From assembly GCA_052327205.1 (NCBI GenBank), contig CM126212.1:201004001-201068000 (forward strand): a stretch of DNA of 64,000 nt. The letters run 5' to 3'. Shown here in pieces: positions 53,160 through 64,000 of this stretch. The notes below the pieces were generated by a model that was not told the DNA's origin, searched no databases, and was given only the letters and a program-made list of their open reading frames with translations. A program made the position numbers and the translations under genes. Each line of letters begins with the position of its first letter. The first letter of the stretch is position 1. The DNA is from Somniosus microcephalus. Taxonomy: Eukaryota.

Positions 53160-54290
53160 AGCCTTGGATCTGTGGCCCCACTGATCAGTGGATTGGCTCA
53201 TCTAAAGGGAGCTATTCGATCCTGAAAGCCTTGGAGATGGCTATGCCCATGGTCTGGAAGCTGTGATTCATGCTGCATGCCAATCTGTCCCCTATTACCT
53301 CCAGAGCTGCAATCTGTGCTTCCATGGAAGTGGAGGCCATGATTGGCCTCTGGCTGCCTCTTCTCTGGGGACCTGCTGCACAGTTTGATGCAGCTGCCAC
53401 TTGCTGCATTGGTATCTGCAAGGAAGACAAAGCTTCTGAGATGTTGTCACAAAGGAGATCTGTAGACTGGACAGTGACACCTGTCAGCTGCTGCACATCG
53501 TGCGAGATTGTCCTTGGAGCCTACATGTACATATGATATTTCTCAAATATCCTTGTCGGGCAAGTACCCATGCGTTTTGGCTACACAACTCTGAAGCCAT
53601 AGACAGCCATTTCGTCGGCCTCTGCTGGGAAGAGGGAAGATCTTCTGGGTTCCCTGTGCTCGGTGAATCACCTGGTACCGATTCTTCACTAGCACTATCT
53701 AATTCCCCACTGTGTGAAAGTCTGGTGCCTGGGAGATGAAGAATATGATGGTGCCCAGCAATGTTCCCTTTTTAATTTTATTTTGGGTGCGCGGCCTCTT
53801 CAAAATATCATGCATGCGTGGTTTTTCTTCTTTGAAAGCCGGTGAGCCGGCTGCGCAGGAGCTGCAGAGCGCTGCGCGACTTAAAGGGAACCTTGTTGCC
53901 CAGATGGGCGAGGACAAAAGAGAGAGTGTGGGGCGTGTGTTACCTTGCTGCCCCTGGTCAAATCATTGAATTTCTTTTGCCACTGTTCTGCAGTCTTTGG
54001 AGTGAGGAAGTTGGCAGTCATTGCCACTGCCACCTTCCTCCATGTGGCACGACTGCGATTCCTGGCCAGCTTGGCGGAGTCTGTGTTTCCTGCTTTTAGT
54101 CTCGTCCAGGAGGACTTGGAGGAATAGAAGTTCTACCTCTTTTTGGCTATATCCCTGCCCTGCTGCCCTCTGGGCACTGATGGGATTTGATTGGTCATAA
54201 TGCTGCCAAAATATAATCAAGATATTGGTGAGAAATGCATTGAAGTAATTTTGAGGGAGAAATGAAAGCGAGGCAGTGTTTGTGACTTAT
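53160..54290 (-). mobile_element. Harbinger remnant: decayed Myb/SANT-like DNA-binding gene
   Basis: Hand translation across one frameshift (54172 to 53944): QRAAGQGYSQKEVELL..LQVLLDETKSRKHRL / RATWRKVAVAMTANFLTPKTAEQWQKKFNDLTRGSK, then donor AAG|GTAACA. A helical C-terminal exon remnant lies at 53212-53496. Confidence 0.75.
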
Positions 54291-57200
54291 CTATTTGTCT
54301 ATATTAATGACTTGGATGAAATCAAATCAAATCAACTTTTATTGTCATTGTTAGTGCACAAGTGCAGTACAATGAAATGTAGGCTTGCGGCTCCCGAGAG
54401 TGTACATTTAGATTAAGACATTTAAACATTCAACATACATTTCGCTTGTAATACATTAACATAAACATAACCATAATAAAGTGCATTGGCAGATGTGCAG
54501 GCTTTAGAGTTTATTTGTGGAGTTCAGTAGGATGACAGCCCTGGGAAAGAAGCTGTTCCTAAATCTGGTCGTACGGGTGCGAATGCATCTGTAGCGTCTC
54601 CCAGATGGCAGGAGGGCGAACAGTCTGTGGCTGGGGTGGGTAGGGTCTTTGATGATGGACCGTGACCTCCGTAAACAGCGTTTCTGGTATATGTGCTCTA
54701 TGGTCGGTAGCCGGGTGCCGGTAATGCGTTGGGCAGTTTTGACTACCCGCTGCAGGGCTTTCCGGTCATAGTAGCTACAGCTGCCATACCATACTGTGAT
54801 ACAGTTCGTCAGGATGCTCTCTATTGTGCAGCGGTAAAAGTTAGAGAGGATCGGGGTGACAGGTTACATCCCTTCAGCCTCCTTAGGAAATATAGGCGCT
54901 GCTGGGCTGCCTTCACCCGAGAGGAGGTATTGAGGGACCAGGAGAGGTCTTCCGTGATGTGGACTCCGAGGAACTTAAAGCTGTCCACCCTTTCCACCAC
55001 AGCCCCATTGATGTGGATGGGGGTGTGACTTCCGCCTTTAGACTTCCTGAAGTCCACAATGATTTCTTTGGTTTTCTTGATGTTAAGGGCCAGGTTGTTA
55101 TCGGCGCACCACTTCACGAGATGCTGGACCTCCTCCCTGTAGGCTGACTCATCGTTGTTGGTGATCTGGCCTACTACCGTGGTATCATCCGCAAACTTGA
55201 TGATGGTGTTGGAACCATGAACAGCCACACAGTCGTGGGTGAAGAGGGAGTAGAGGAGGGGGCTCAGCACACATCCTTGTGGGGCCCCCGTGTTCAGGGT
55301 CGGGGCGGGGGGAGGTGTGGTTACCTAATTTGACAGACTGGGGTCTGTTTGTTAGGAAGTCCAGGATCCAGTTGCAGAGGGAAGTGTTCAGGCCAAGAGT
55401 TTGGAGTTTGGTGGCCAGCTTGTTGGGGACGATAGTGTTGAATGCTGAGCTGTAGTCTATGAACAGCATTCTGATGTAGGTCTCTTTACCATCTAAGTGA
55501 TTCAGTGCAGAGTGTAGAGCAGTTGTGATTGCATCCTCCGTTGATCTGTTTGCACGATAGGCAAACTGGTGTTGGTCAAGAGAGGCGGGAACACTGGCTT
55601 TGATGTGAGCCAGGACCAGTCTCTCTCAACACTTCATTATGATGGGTGTGAGTGCGACAGGTCGATAGTCGTTCAGGCACGTCACAGCCGTTTGTTTTGG
55701 CACAGGAATAATGGTAGCGGTCTTGAAGCATGTAGGGACTACTGCCTGGGCCAATGACAGATTGAAGATGGCGGTGAAGACATCAGCCAGCTGATCAGCA
55801 CATTCCTTGAGTACCCGTCCAGGGATGCTATCCGGTCCAGCAGCCTTTCGTGTGTTCACTCCGCGTAGAACACCCCTTACCTCGGAGGTCGACAGAGTGA
55901 GCACCTGGTCTTCCGGGGGTGGCAAGGCTTTGGTAGCCGGCTCCCTGTTGTCCCTGTCGAAGCGAGCGTAGAAGTTGTTAAGCTCCTCCGGAAGGGAGGC
56001 ATCGCTAACCGGGGGGCTGGTGTTTTTGCTCTTGTAGTCAGTGATGGACTGGATGCCTTGCCACATGCGCCGGGGGTCCGAGTTGTTGTGGAAATGATCC
56101 TCTATCCGCAGTGTCTGTTTCCTTTTGGCAGTCCTGATACCCTTTTTTAGGTTGGTCCTAGCTGCACTGTAAGCCGCCGCGTCGCCAGATTTAAATGCTG
56201 CGTCGCGTGCTTTCAACAGCGAGCGGACCTCTCCGTTCATCCAGGGTTTCTGGTTGGGGTATGTCCTGATATTTTTTTGGGTCATGACAACCTCGACGCA
56301 ACTGTTAATGTAGACTAGCACTGTGAATGCGTATTCCTCAATGTCATTATGGGCAAACATGCCCCAATCAGTGCGTTCGAAGCAATGCTGAAGCTCCGAG
56401 ACTGCCCCCTCTGGCCATACTTTCACTGATCTCACTGATGTTCTCACTCTTTTGATGAGCGGTTTGTATGCCGGGGCTAGAAACAGGGAGAGGTGGTCAG
56501 ACTTCCCAAGGTGGGGGTAGGGAATGGCCTTATAAGCGTCTACAATGCTCATGTAGACTTGAGCCAGTGTGTTCTCCCCTCTTGTGGGGCAGGAAACATT
56601 CTGGTGGAATTTCGGTAGTACAGTTTTTAGGTTTATGTGATTGAAGTCCCCCGCGACGATAAAAGCTCCGTCTGGATGCGCAGTTTGTTGTTCGCTGATG
56701 GCCCTGTAGAGGTCCTTCAGTGCTAGTTTGGCATTAGCGTGTGGTGGGATGTAGACCGCCGTGATGATAACAGCCGTGAATTCCCGAGGCAGGTAGAAGG
56801 GTCTGCACCTTACCATGAGGAATTCCAAATCAGCCGAGCAGGATCTATCGATTATGTCCGTGTTAGTGCACCAGGCATTGTTAGTGTAAATGCACAAACC
56901 GCCTCTTGCTCTTACCGGAGTCTGCAGTTCTGTCGGCGTGGAAGACCGTGCGTCCTTCTCGCTGAATGGTGGTGTCAGGGATGCCGTTGTTCAACCAGGT
57001 CTCTCTGAAGATCATGGCGCAGCATTCCTTTGTCCTTTTCTGTGAGGAGAGATCAAGTTTGATCTCATCCATTTTGTTTTCTAGTGACCTGACGTTGGCC
57101 AGGAAAATACTTGGGAGGGAGGGTTTGTGTGGGGCCCTCTTCAGCCTATTTTGGATTCCGGCCCTCTTACCCCGCTTCTGCTTGCGTTCCCTGCGCGGTC

Positions 57201-58363
57201 TGCGCCGACTTCCGGCTGGGGAAGGACGCCACGCTGGTCCCGGGGGTCGGGCGATGTCGGGAGGCAGATCGATGGCGCTGAGTGAGAGCCGCACGCAGTC
57301 GGCCCCGATGTCGAGGAGCGTCTGCCGGCTGTACAGTAGGTCTGCCCTCAATTCCCGTATCAGCAGGGTCCAGAAGAGACTCAGAAAGAGGGTGAAAACG
57401 CTCAGTCTCGGGAGAAGGGACCGAGTGTAATGTAGCCAAATTTGCTGATGATACAAAGATAGGTGGGTTAGCAGATTGTGAGGAGGACACAACGAGTCTG
57501 CAAAGGGATATAGATAGGTTAAGTGAGTGGGCAAAAATTTGGCAGATGGAGTATAATGTGGGAAAATGTGAGATTGTCCACTTTGGAAGGAAGAATGAGA
57601 AAGCTAATTATTATTTAAATGGAGTGAGACTACAAAATGCTGCGGTACAAAGGGATCTGGGGGTCCGAGTATGTGAAACACAATAAGTTAGCATGGAGGC
57701 AGCAAGTAATTAGGAAGGCTAATGGAATGTTGGCCTTTATTGCAAGGGGTATGGAGTATAAAAGTAGGGAAGTTTTGATGCAACTTTACAGGGCGCTGGT
57801 GAGACCACACCTGGAGTACTGCGTACAGTTTTGGTCTCCATATTTAAGGAAGGATATTCTTGCATTGGAGGCAGTGCAGAGAAGGTTCACTAGGTTGATT
57901 CCTGGGATGAAGGGGTTGACGACGTATGACGAAAGGTTGAGCAGGTTGGGCCTATACTCATTGGAGTTTAGAATGAGAGGTGATCTTATTGAAACATAAA
58001 AGATTCTGAGGGGGATTGACAGGGTGGATGCTGAGAGGATGTTTCCTCTCGTGGTATCTAGAACTAGGTGGCATCGTTTCAGAATAAGGGGTCACCCATT
58101 TAAGACGGAGATGAGGAGGAATTTCTCCTCTGAGGGTCGTGAATCTTTGGAATTCTCTACCCCAGAGAGCGGTGGAGGCTGAGTCAGTGAATATATTCAA
58201 GGCGGAGATTGACAGACATTTGAACTATAGGGGAGTCAAGGGGTATGGGGAGAGAGTGGGAAAGTGGTGTTGAGCCATGATTGGATCAGCCATGATCTTA
58301 TTGAATGGCGGAGCAGGCTTGAGGGGCTGATTGGCCTACTCCTGCTCCTGTTTCTTATGTTCT
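54291..58363 (+). mobile_element. CR1 LINE, 5'-truncated, interrupted by Rex1 (CR1 parts 54291-54320 and 57417-58363)
   Basis: YINDLDE at 54300-54320 continues seamlessly as GTECNVAKFADDTK at 57417. Further motifs LVRPHLEYCVQFWSP and a TTCTTATGTTCT tail. Confidence 0.92.
54321..57413 (-). mobile_element. Rex1 (Rex-Babar clade) non-LTR retrotransposon, near full length
   Basis: YSRQTLLDIG and RKQKRGKRAG leader. APE motifs SIFLANVRSLENKMDE, ETWL, IVAGDFN and KSDH. RT motifs [22 protein letters not shown] and KFADDT. DUF1891-type AQQRLYFLRRLK. AATAAA plus (TTTGA)3 tail. Three frameshifts and one in-frame TGA. Confidence 0.93.
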
Positions 58364-58499
58364 CCCAGAGTGGTGAAGTGTGCAAGCTGAACAGTGCTTT
58401 TAAAAGGCAGCACAGAAATTTTCTGGAGGCTCAGTTGCTTACACCTGTTTTATTTTAAAGGTGCAGCTTTGATGTAAATCACTGAGGAAATTCTGGGCC
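58364..58499. mobile_element. Probable terminal segment and TIR of the Harbinger remnant at 53160-54290
   Basis: Ends GGAAATTCTGGGCC (reverse complement GGCCCAGAATTTCC), similar to the other Harbinger-type ends in this window. Confidence 0.5.
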
Positions 58500-58632
58500 T
58501 GTATCTCTGCTTGTCTCCTATAATTATCTGTGCCTCTTATACACTTCAGTTGTCGTTCTGTATCTCTGGGTTTATCTGTGACTCTGTCACTCTTTCCCTT
58601 TGACAAGAGGGAAAGATTGAGAGAGTCACAGA

Positions 58633-61226
58633 CTACTGGACTAGGAATCCAGAGGCCTGGACGAACAATCTGGCGACGTGTTCAAATCCCACCATGGCAG
58701 TTTGTGAATTTGAATTCCGTTTATATAAAAAAAAATACAATTAAATAAATCTGGAATAAAAAGCTAGTATCAGTAATGATGACCATGAAGCTATCATTGC
58801 CGTAAAAGCCCAACTGGTTCACTAATGTCCTATTAGGGATGGAAACCTGCCGTCCTTACCTGGTCTGGCCTATGTGACTCCAGACCCACAGCAATGTGGT
58901 TGACTCTTAATTGCCCACTGAAATGACCGAGCAAGTCACTCTGTTGTATCAAACCGCTACAAAGAAGTATAATAAGAATAAAACTGGACGGACCACTCGG
59001 CTTTCACCTTGGCATCGGATTCAGACATGACCAAGGCACACCAGCCCAGTCGACCCCGCAAAGTCCTCCTCACTAACATCTGGGGACTTGTGGCAAAATT
59101 GGGAGAGCTGTCCCACAGACTAGTTAAGCAATTGCCTGACATAGGTACAATTCTGTGAGTATATCAGCCAATGTCCCAGAACCCTCCATCACCATCTCTT
59201 GGGCATATCTTGGGCCACCGGCAAGAGAGACCCACCAGAGGTGGGGGCATACAGTTGGGATGGCGTGGCTCTGGGAGTCCTCAACATTGACTCCGGACCC
59301 TATGAAGTCTCATGGCATTAGATATGACATGGGCAAGGAAACTTCCTGCTGATTACCGCCTTCCCTCAGCTGATGAATCCGTACTCCTCCATGTCGAACA
59401 CCACTTGGAAGAGTCACTGAGGGTAGCAAGGGCACAGAATGTATCCTGGGTAGGGGACTTAAATGTCCATCATGAGTGGCTCGGTAGTACCACCACTGAC
59501 GGAGCTGGCCGAGTCCTGAAGGACATAGGTGCCACATTCAGTTGTGAATGGTGGTGGACAAATAAACAACTAATGAAGAGGAGGTGCCACGATCCTCCCC
59601 ATCCTCCAGGATGGCGGAACTCAGCACGTGAGTGTAAAAGACAAGGCTTTATAAAGTGTTGGCACTTCTGGCTGAAGACGGTTGCGGAGTGGATGATCCT
59701 TCTCAGCCTCCTCCTGAGGTCCCCACCATCACAGAAGCCAGTCTTCAGCTAATTCAATTCGCTCCATGTTATATCAAGAAGCAGCTGAGTGCACTGTATA
59801 CAGCAAAGGCTATGGGCCCCAACATCATCCCAGCTGTAGTGCTGAACACCTGTGCTCCAGAACTAGCCGCACCTTTAGCCAAGCTGTTCCAGTACAACTA
59901 CAACACTGACATCTATCCGACAATGTGGAAAATTGCTAAGGTATGTCCTGTCCACAAAAAGGTGGACAAATCCAACCTGGCCAATTACCGCCCCACACTC
60001 AATCATCAGCAAAGTGATGGAAGGTGTCGTCAACAGTGCTATCAAGTGGCACTTACTCACCAATAACCTGCTCACCGATGCTCAGTTTGGGTTCTGCCAG
60101 GATCACTAGACATAGACCTCATTACAGCCTTGGTCCAAACACGGACAAAAGAGCTGAATTCCAGAGATGAGTGGAGAGTGATTGGCTTTGACAACAAGGC
60201 AGCATATGACTGAGTGTGGCACCAAGGAGCCCTAGTAAAACTGAAGTCAATGGGGATCAGGGGAAAACTCTCCACTGGCTGGAGTCATACCTAGCACAAA
60301 GAAAGGTGGTTGTTGGAGGCCAATCATCTCTGCTCCAGGAATTCCTCCGGGCAGTGTCCTAGGCCCAACCATCTTCACTTGCTTCATCAATGACCTTCCC
60401 TCGATCATAAGGTCAGAAGTTGGGATGTTCGCACAGTGCTCAGTTCCATTTGCAATTTTTCAGATAATGAAGCTGTCCATGCCCGAATGCAGCAAGACCT
60501 CGAGACAACATCCAGGCTTGGGCTGATAAGTGGCAAGTAACATTTGTGCCACACAAGTACCAGGCAATGACTAACTCCAATAGTCTAACCACCTCCCCTT
60601 GATGTTCAATGGAATTACCATTATCAAGTCCCCCACTATAACATTCTGGGAGTCACCATTGACCAGAAACCATATAAATACTGTGGTTACAAGAGCAGGC
60701 CAGAGGCTGGGTATTCTGCGGCATGTGGCTCAAAGCCCAAAGCCTTTCCACCACCTACAAGGCACAAGTTAGGAGTGTGATGGAATATTCTCCACTTGCC
60801 TGGATGAGTGCAACTCCAACAATACTCAAGAAGCTCGACACCATCCAGGACACAGCAGTCTGCTTGATCAGCACCCCATTCACCACCTTAAACATTCACT
60901 CCCTCCACCACTGGCGCACTGTGTGTACCATCTACAAGATGCACCGCAGCAACTCTCCAAGGCTTCAACAGCACCTCCCAAACCCATGACAAGGGTAGTG
61001 GGTGCATGGGAACACCACCACCTCCAAGTCACATACTGTCCTGACTTGGACATATATCGCCGTTCCTTTATCGTCACTGGGTTAAAATCCTAGAACTCTC
61101 TACGTAACAGCATGAACTGCAGCGGTTCAAGAGGGTGGTTCACCACCACATTCTCGAGGGCAATTACGGATGGGAAATAAATGCTGGCCTTGCCAGTGAT
61201 GCCCACATCCTGTGAATGAGTAAATA
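58633..61226 (+). mobile_element. Degenerate CR1/L2-group LINE (APE and RT) with a tRNA-like 5' head
   Basis: B box GTTCAAATCC at 58680-58689. APE remnants LLTNIWGL and WVGDLNVHH. RT remnants KAMGP..IPAVVL..CAPELAAPLAKLF..NYRP, GSVLGPTIF and YKAQVRSVMEYSPLAW. 3' UTR GGGCAATT...AATAAATGCTGGCCTTGCCAG. Confidence 0.88.
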
Positions 61227-61234
61227 ATTAAAGG

Positions 61235-61400
61235 TAGTGCCACACTGCAGAGGAGGTCAGAAGAGCAGGGTGTTGTGGAGGGGATACAGGGCTGGAGGAG
61301 ATTGCAGAGACTAGGTGGAGTAAGACCATGGAGGAGTTATAGATAAGGACAAGTATCTTAAATGTGAGATATTGGAGGACCAGCAAGGATAGGATTGATG
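61235..61400 (-). mobile_element. Old L2 fragment
   Basis: Minus strand reads LTFKILVLIYNS...CTCCTCCAGCCC, homologous to 45880-45990. Confidence 0.6.
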
Positions 61401-61730
61401 AGCCAGCAGTACATAGTGTGGGACAGGATACATTCAGCAGAGCTTTGGACAGTTGGGAATCTATGGAGGGTGGTGAATGGGTGCCCAGCAAGCAGCGCAT
61501 TGAACTAGTAAGGGTCAGAAGATTGGGTAAGGGAGAAATGGGGGGCTGTGGTAGATGCATGAGAAAGAGGGACCGAGGTACGTGCAAGAGGGAGAGAACT
61601 GGATGAATGCATGTGAGACAAAAGGCCACACAAAATAGAGGAACAGGAGCAGTAGAGAGAGAGAGAGCAAGAATATAAGTGACCGTGGGAATTCTTTGTT
61701 CTATGTGTTCATCTTCATGTCATCTAGCAA

Positions 61731-62173
61731 TAGTGGTTATGTTACTGGACTAGCAGTCCAGAGGCCTGGACCAATGATCCAGAGACGTGCGTTCAAATTC
61801 CACCACAGCAGCTATGGAATTTAAATGCAGTAATTAAATAAGTTTGGAATAAAAAGATAGTAGCAGAATGGTAACCATGAAACGACCGGATTGTCGTAAA
61901 AACCCATCTGGTCCTTTTTTAGGGAAGGAAATCTGCTGTCCTTGCCCGGTCTGGCCTACCCACAGAAATGTGGTTAACTCTTAACTGCCCTGTGAAATGG
62001 CCTAGCAAGCCACTCCATTGTAACAAACCGCTACAAAGAAGTATACTAAGAATACGGACTGCTGCAGGTCAAGAAGGCAGCTAACCACCACCTTCTCCAG
62101 GGCAATTGGGGATGGGCAATAAATTCTGGCCTTGCTAGCAACACCCACATCCCATGAACGAATTTCAAAAAAA
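61731..62173 (+). mobile_element. SINE-like element made of the head and tail of the LINE at 58633-61226
   Basis: A-box-like TAGTGG at 61731 and B box GTTCAAATTC at 61791-61800. 61741-62054 aligns to 58633-58980 and 62055-62165 aligns to 61113-61222. A-rich end. Confidence 0.87.
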
Positions 62174-62339
62174 TCTATATAAAGCTGTGCTGGACAAGTC
62201 ATTGGCTGAATCGTCTGCTTTTAATGCAGTTTTCTGCTCATCAGTTAGGAAGCCCCCACCTTCTACTTGAATTTCTCCAAACGATTCCTGCTAAATACTG
62301 GAAACTCCGCATGCATCGTCTTGAGCGTGAACCTATATA

Positions 62340-62595
62340 TTATGGACAAGTGTGATTTAATCGGAGTCGGCATGGATTTGTGAAGAGTACATCAGGTTTG
62401 ACTAATCTAGTTAAATATTTTGAGGAGGTCACTAACATGGTGGAGAAGGGAGTGTCAATGGATGTTATCTATATAGACTTCCAGAAAGCATTTGATTAGG
62501 TTCCAACAAGAGATTATTAGCAAACATGGAAGCGCACGGAATTGGAGGCAATATTGCAACATAGGTTGGAAATTGATTGGGAGATAGGAGACAGA
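62340..62595 (+). mobile_element. CR1 RT fragment cut by a Harbinger insertion
   Basis: [28 protein letters not shown], ending at GATAGGAGACAGA immediately before the TIR. Confidence 0.8.
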
Positions 62596-63626
62596 GGCCT
62601 AGAAATTCGGTATAGCCGCGTTTTGGGCGCTAGTCCTGGCGATGCGCAAAGTTTAGCGCCAGGCGCAATTTAGCGCCACCTAGCGCAATATTGGGTTGCA
62701 GCGCCCCTAAAGGTGAATGCGGCGCTAAATCAGGCGCTGCACGCTACTCTTAAGGCGCTAACCCGGCGGCGCAACCCAATTTCGCGGTGGCGGGGCGCAG
62801 CGAAGGTGCTGTCAATAATCACTTTCCCTGAGACACATTGGCGCCGGCCAGCTCTTAAAGGGGCAGGTCAATTGGCATCACCAGAAACACTCACTGCCTT
62901 GTAGGCCTTCAAAGCGGTGGGAGCCTACCTGTGGCGCACCAGCCTAGCAAGACATGGAAAGGGTGAGGCAGAGGGCGGAACGCCTCACTGATGGGGCATT
63001 GGATGCTTTGGTTGGCGCAGTGGAATCAAGGCCAAGGAAGATGGTCGGAATGTGATTTATGATTTGGACAGTCTCCTGGGTGTGAGAGGCAGTTATGTGT
63101 CAGTGTATTAGTTTTGCTTTCTGTTGCCATAGCTTTCTCATGTTTGAAGGAACCACATTTTGTGTAATGAAACACTTTCTTCATTTACAATGGCCATGCC
63201 TGCTATTTACATGCATCTTGCCCTTCACAGGCTTGGGGGTATCAGACCGGTTCCATTCCTGTTCTTGGAATGGCAGCAAGCATTCCGTGAGAGGGGCCTA
63301 GAAGCTACTTCTGATTTAGCCCCTGACGCGCAGCCTGAGAAGAGCCACTCGCGTAGAAGTTCAGGCCAGCAGGCATCTTCTCAGCCACCGACAGAGATGG
63401 CCTGCACCTTATCTGAGGCTGCAGATCTGGCTGAAGCAGCTGGCACAGCTCAGTCACCACCTCCTTTCTAAATCGCAGCCTTCTGACACACTGCTCCTCC
63501 GGCATGTTCATGTAGGAAAACTGCTGTCGGAAAACCCTGCCAGCGTAAGGTCTGCTGTGGCGATGTCTGTTGGCCCTCCTCCGTCTGGCCATGCCCGCCC
63601 CCCTCTCCCAGCGTCTCAGTGCCCTT
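62596..63626. mobile_element. Harbinger/PIF transposon, internally deleted, with remnants of both genes
   Basis: TIR GGCCTAGAAATTCGG. Plus strand from 62954 reads MERVRQRAERLTDGALDALVGAVESR (Myb/SANT-like start). Minus ORF 63305-63592 reads SYMNMPEEQCVRRLRFRKEVVTELCQLL...LSVAEK...LNFYASGS (HARBI1-family transposase N-terminus). Confidence 0.85.
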
Positions 63627-64000
63627 TAGAAACATAGAAACATAGAAGATAGGAGCAGGAGTAGGCCATTCGGCCCTTCGAGCCTGCTCCGCCATTCAAT
63701 GTGATCATGGCTGATCATCCAATTCAGTACCCTGTCCCTGCCTTTTCCCCATATCCCTTGATCCCTTTAGCCTCAAGAAATATATCCAACTCTTTCTTGA
63801 ATATATTTAATGAACTGGCCTCCACCGCCCTCTGGCAGAGAATTCCACAGGTTCACCACTCTCTGGGTGAAGAAATTCCTCCTCATTTCAGTCCTAAATG
63901 GCTTACCCCTTATCCTTAGACTATGACCCCTGGTTCTGGACTCCCCGGCCATCAGAAACATCCTTCCTGCATCTAGTCTGTCCAGACCTGACAGAATTTT
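63627..64000 (-). mobile_element. CR1 LINE 3' end, continues beyond the window
   Basis: SRTRGHSLRIRGKPFRTEMRRNFFTQRVVNLWNSLP and a (TTTCTATG)n tail. Confidence 0.92.

Noticed and set aside
54821-54960. ALKBH8-like gene via DUF1891 similarity
   Set aside because: This motif is the normal C-terminal part of the Rex1 ORF and is contiguous with the RT.
63305-63592. Domesticated HARBI1 gene
   Set aside because: Only the N-terminal part is present, with no DDE core. It lies inside a TIR-bearing element and is cut by a CR1.
1-64000. let-7 cluster, tRNA or rRNA genes
   Set aside because: No let-7 mature sequence was seen by eye. All A/B-box hits belong to SINE or LINE heads rather than complete tRNA cloverleaves.

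Overview
Vertebrate genomic DNA, almost certainly from a cartilaginous fish (shark-type tRNA/Deu SINEs, a V-SINE, CR1, L2, Tx1, Penelope and Harbinger remnants). One intact protein-coding gene is present: the homeobox gene BARX1 (minus strand, 4 coding exons, 26343-23233, 750-nt CDS, 249 aa, all introns GT-AG and in phase). It sits in a ~27 kb AT-rich, CpG-retaining, transposon-poor domain (about 14.3-41.1 kb) with several enhancer-like motif clusters. The flanks are dense with nested transposons, and a second CpG-island promoter lies at ~51 kb (possibly PTPDC1 by synteny, but no coding exon is visible). I found no convincing new protein-coding system. The most interesting signals are a near full-length Rex1 LINE in a three-level nest, a LINE with a tRNA-like head beside its own SINE-like deletion derivative, two Tx1 stubs with matching truncation points and 14-bp TSDs, the CpG domain with an internal SINE control, a 46-bp minisatellite and a perfect 32-bp inverted repeat. 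Family names come from recall, not from a database search. Repeat boundaries are approximate unless a junction is quoted.
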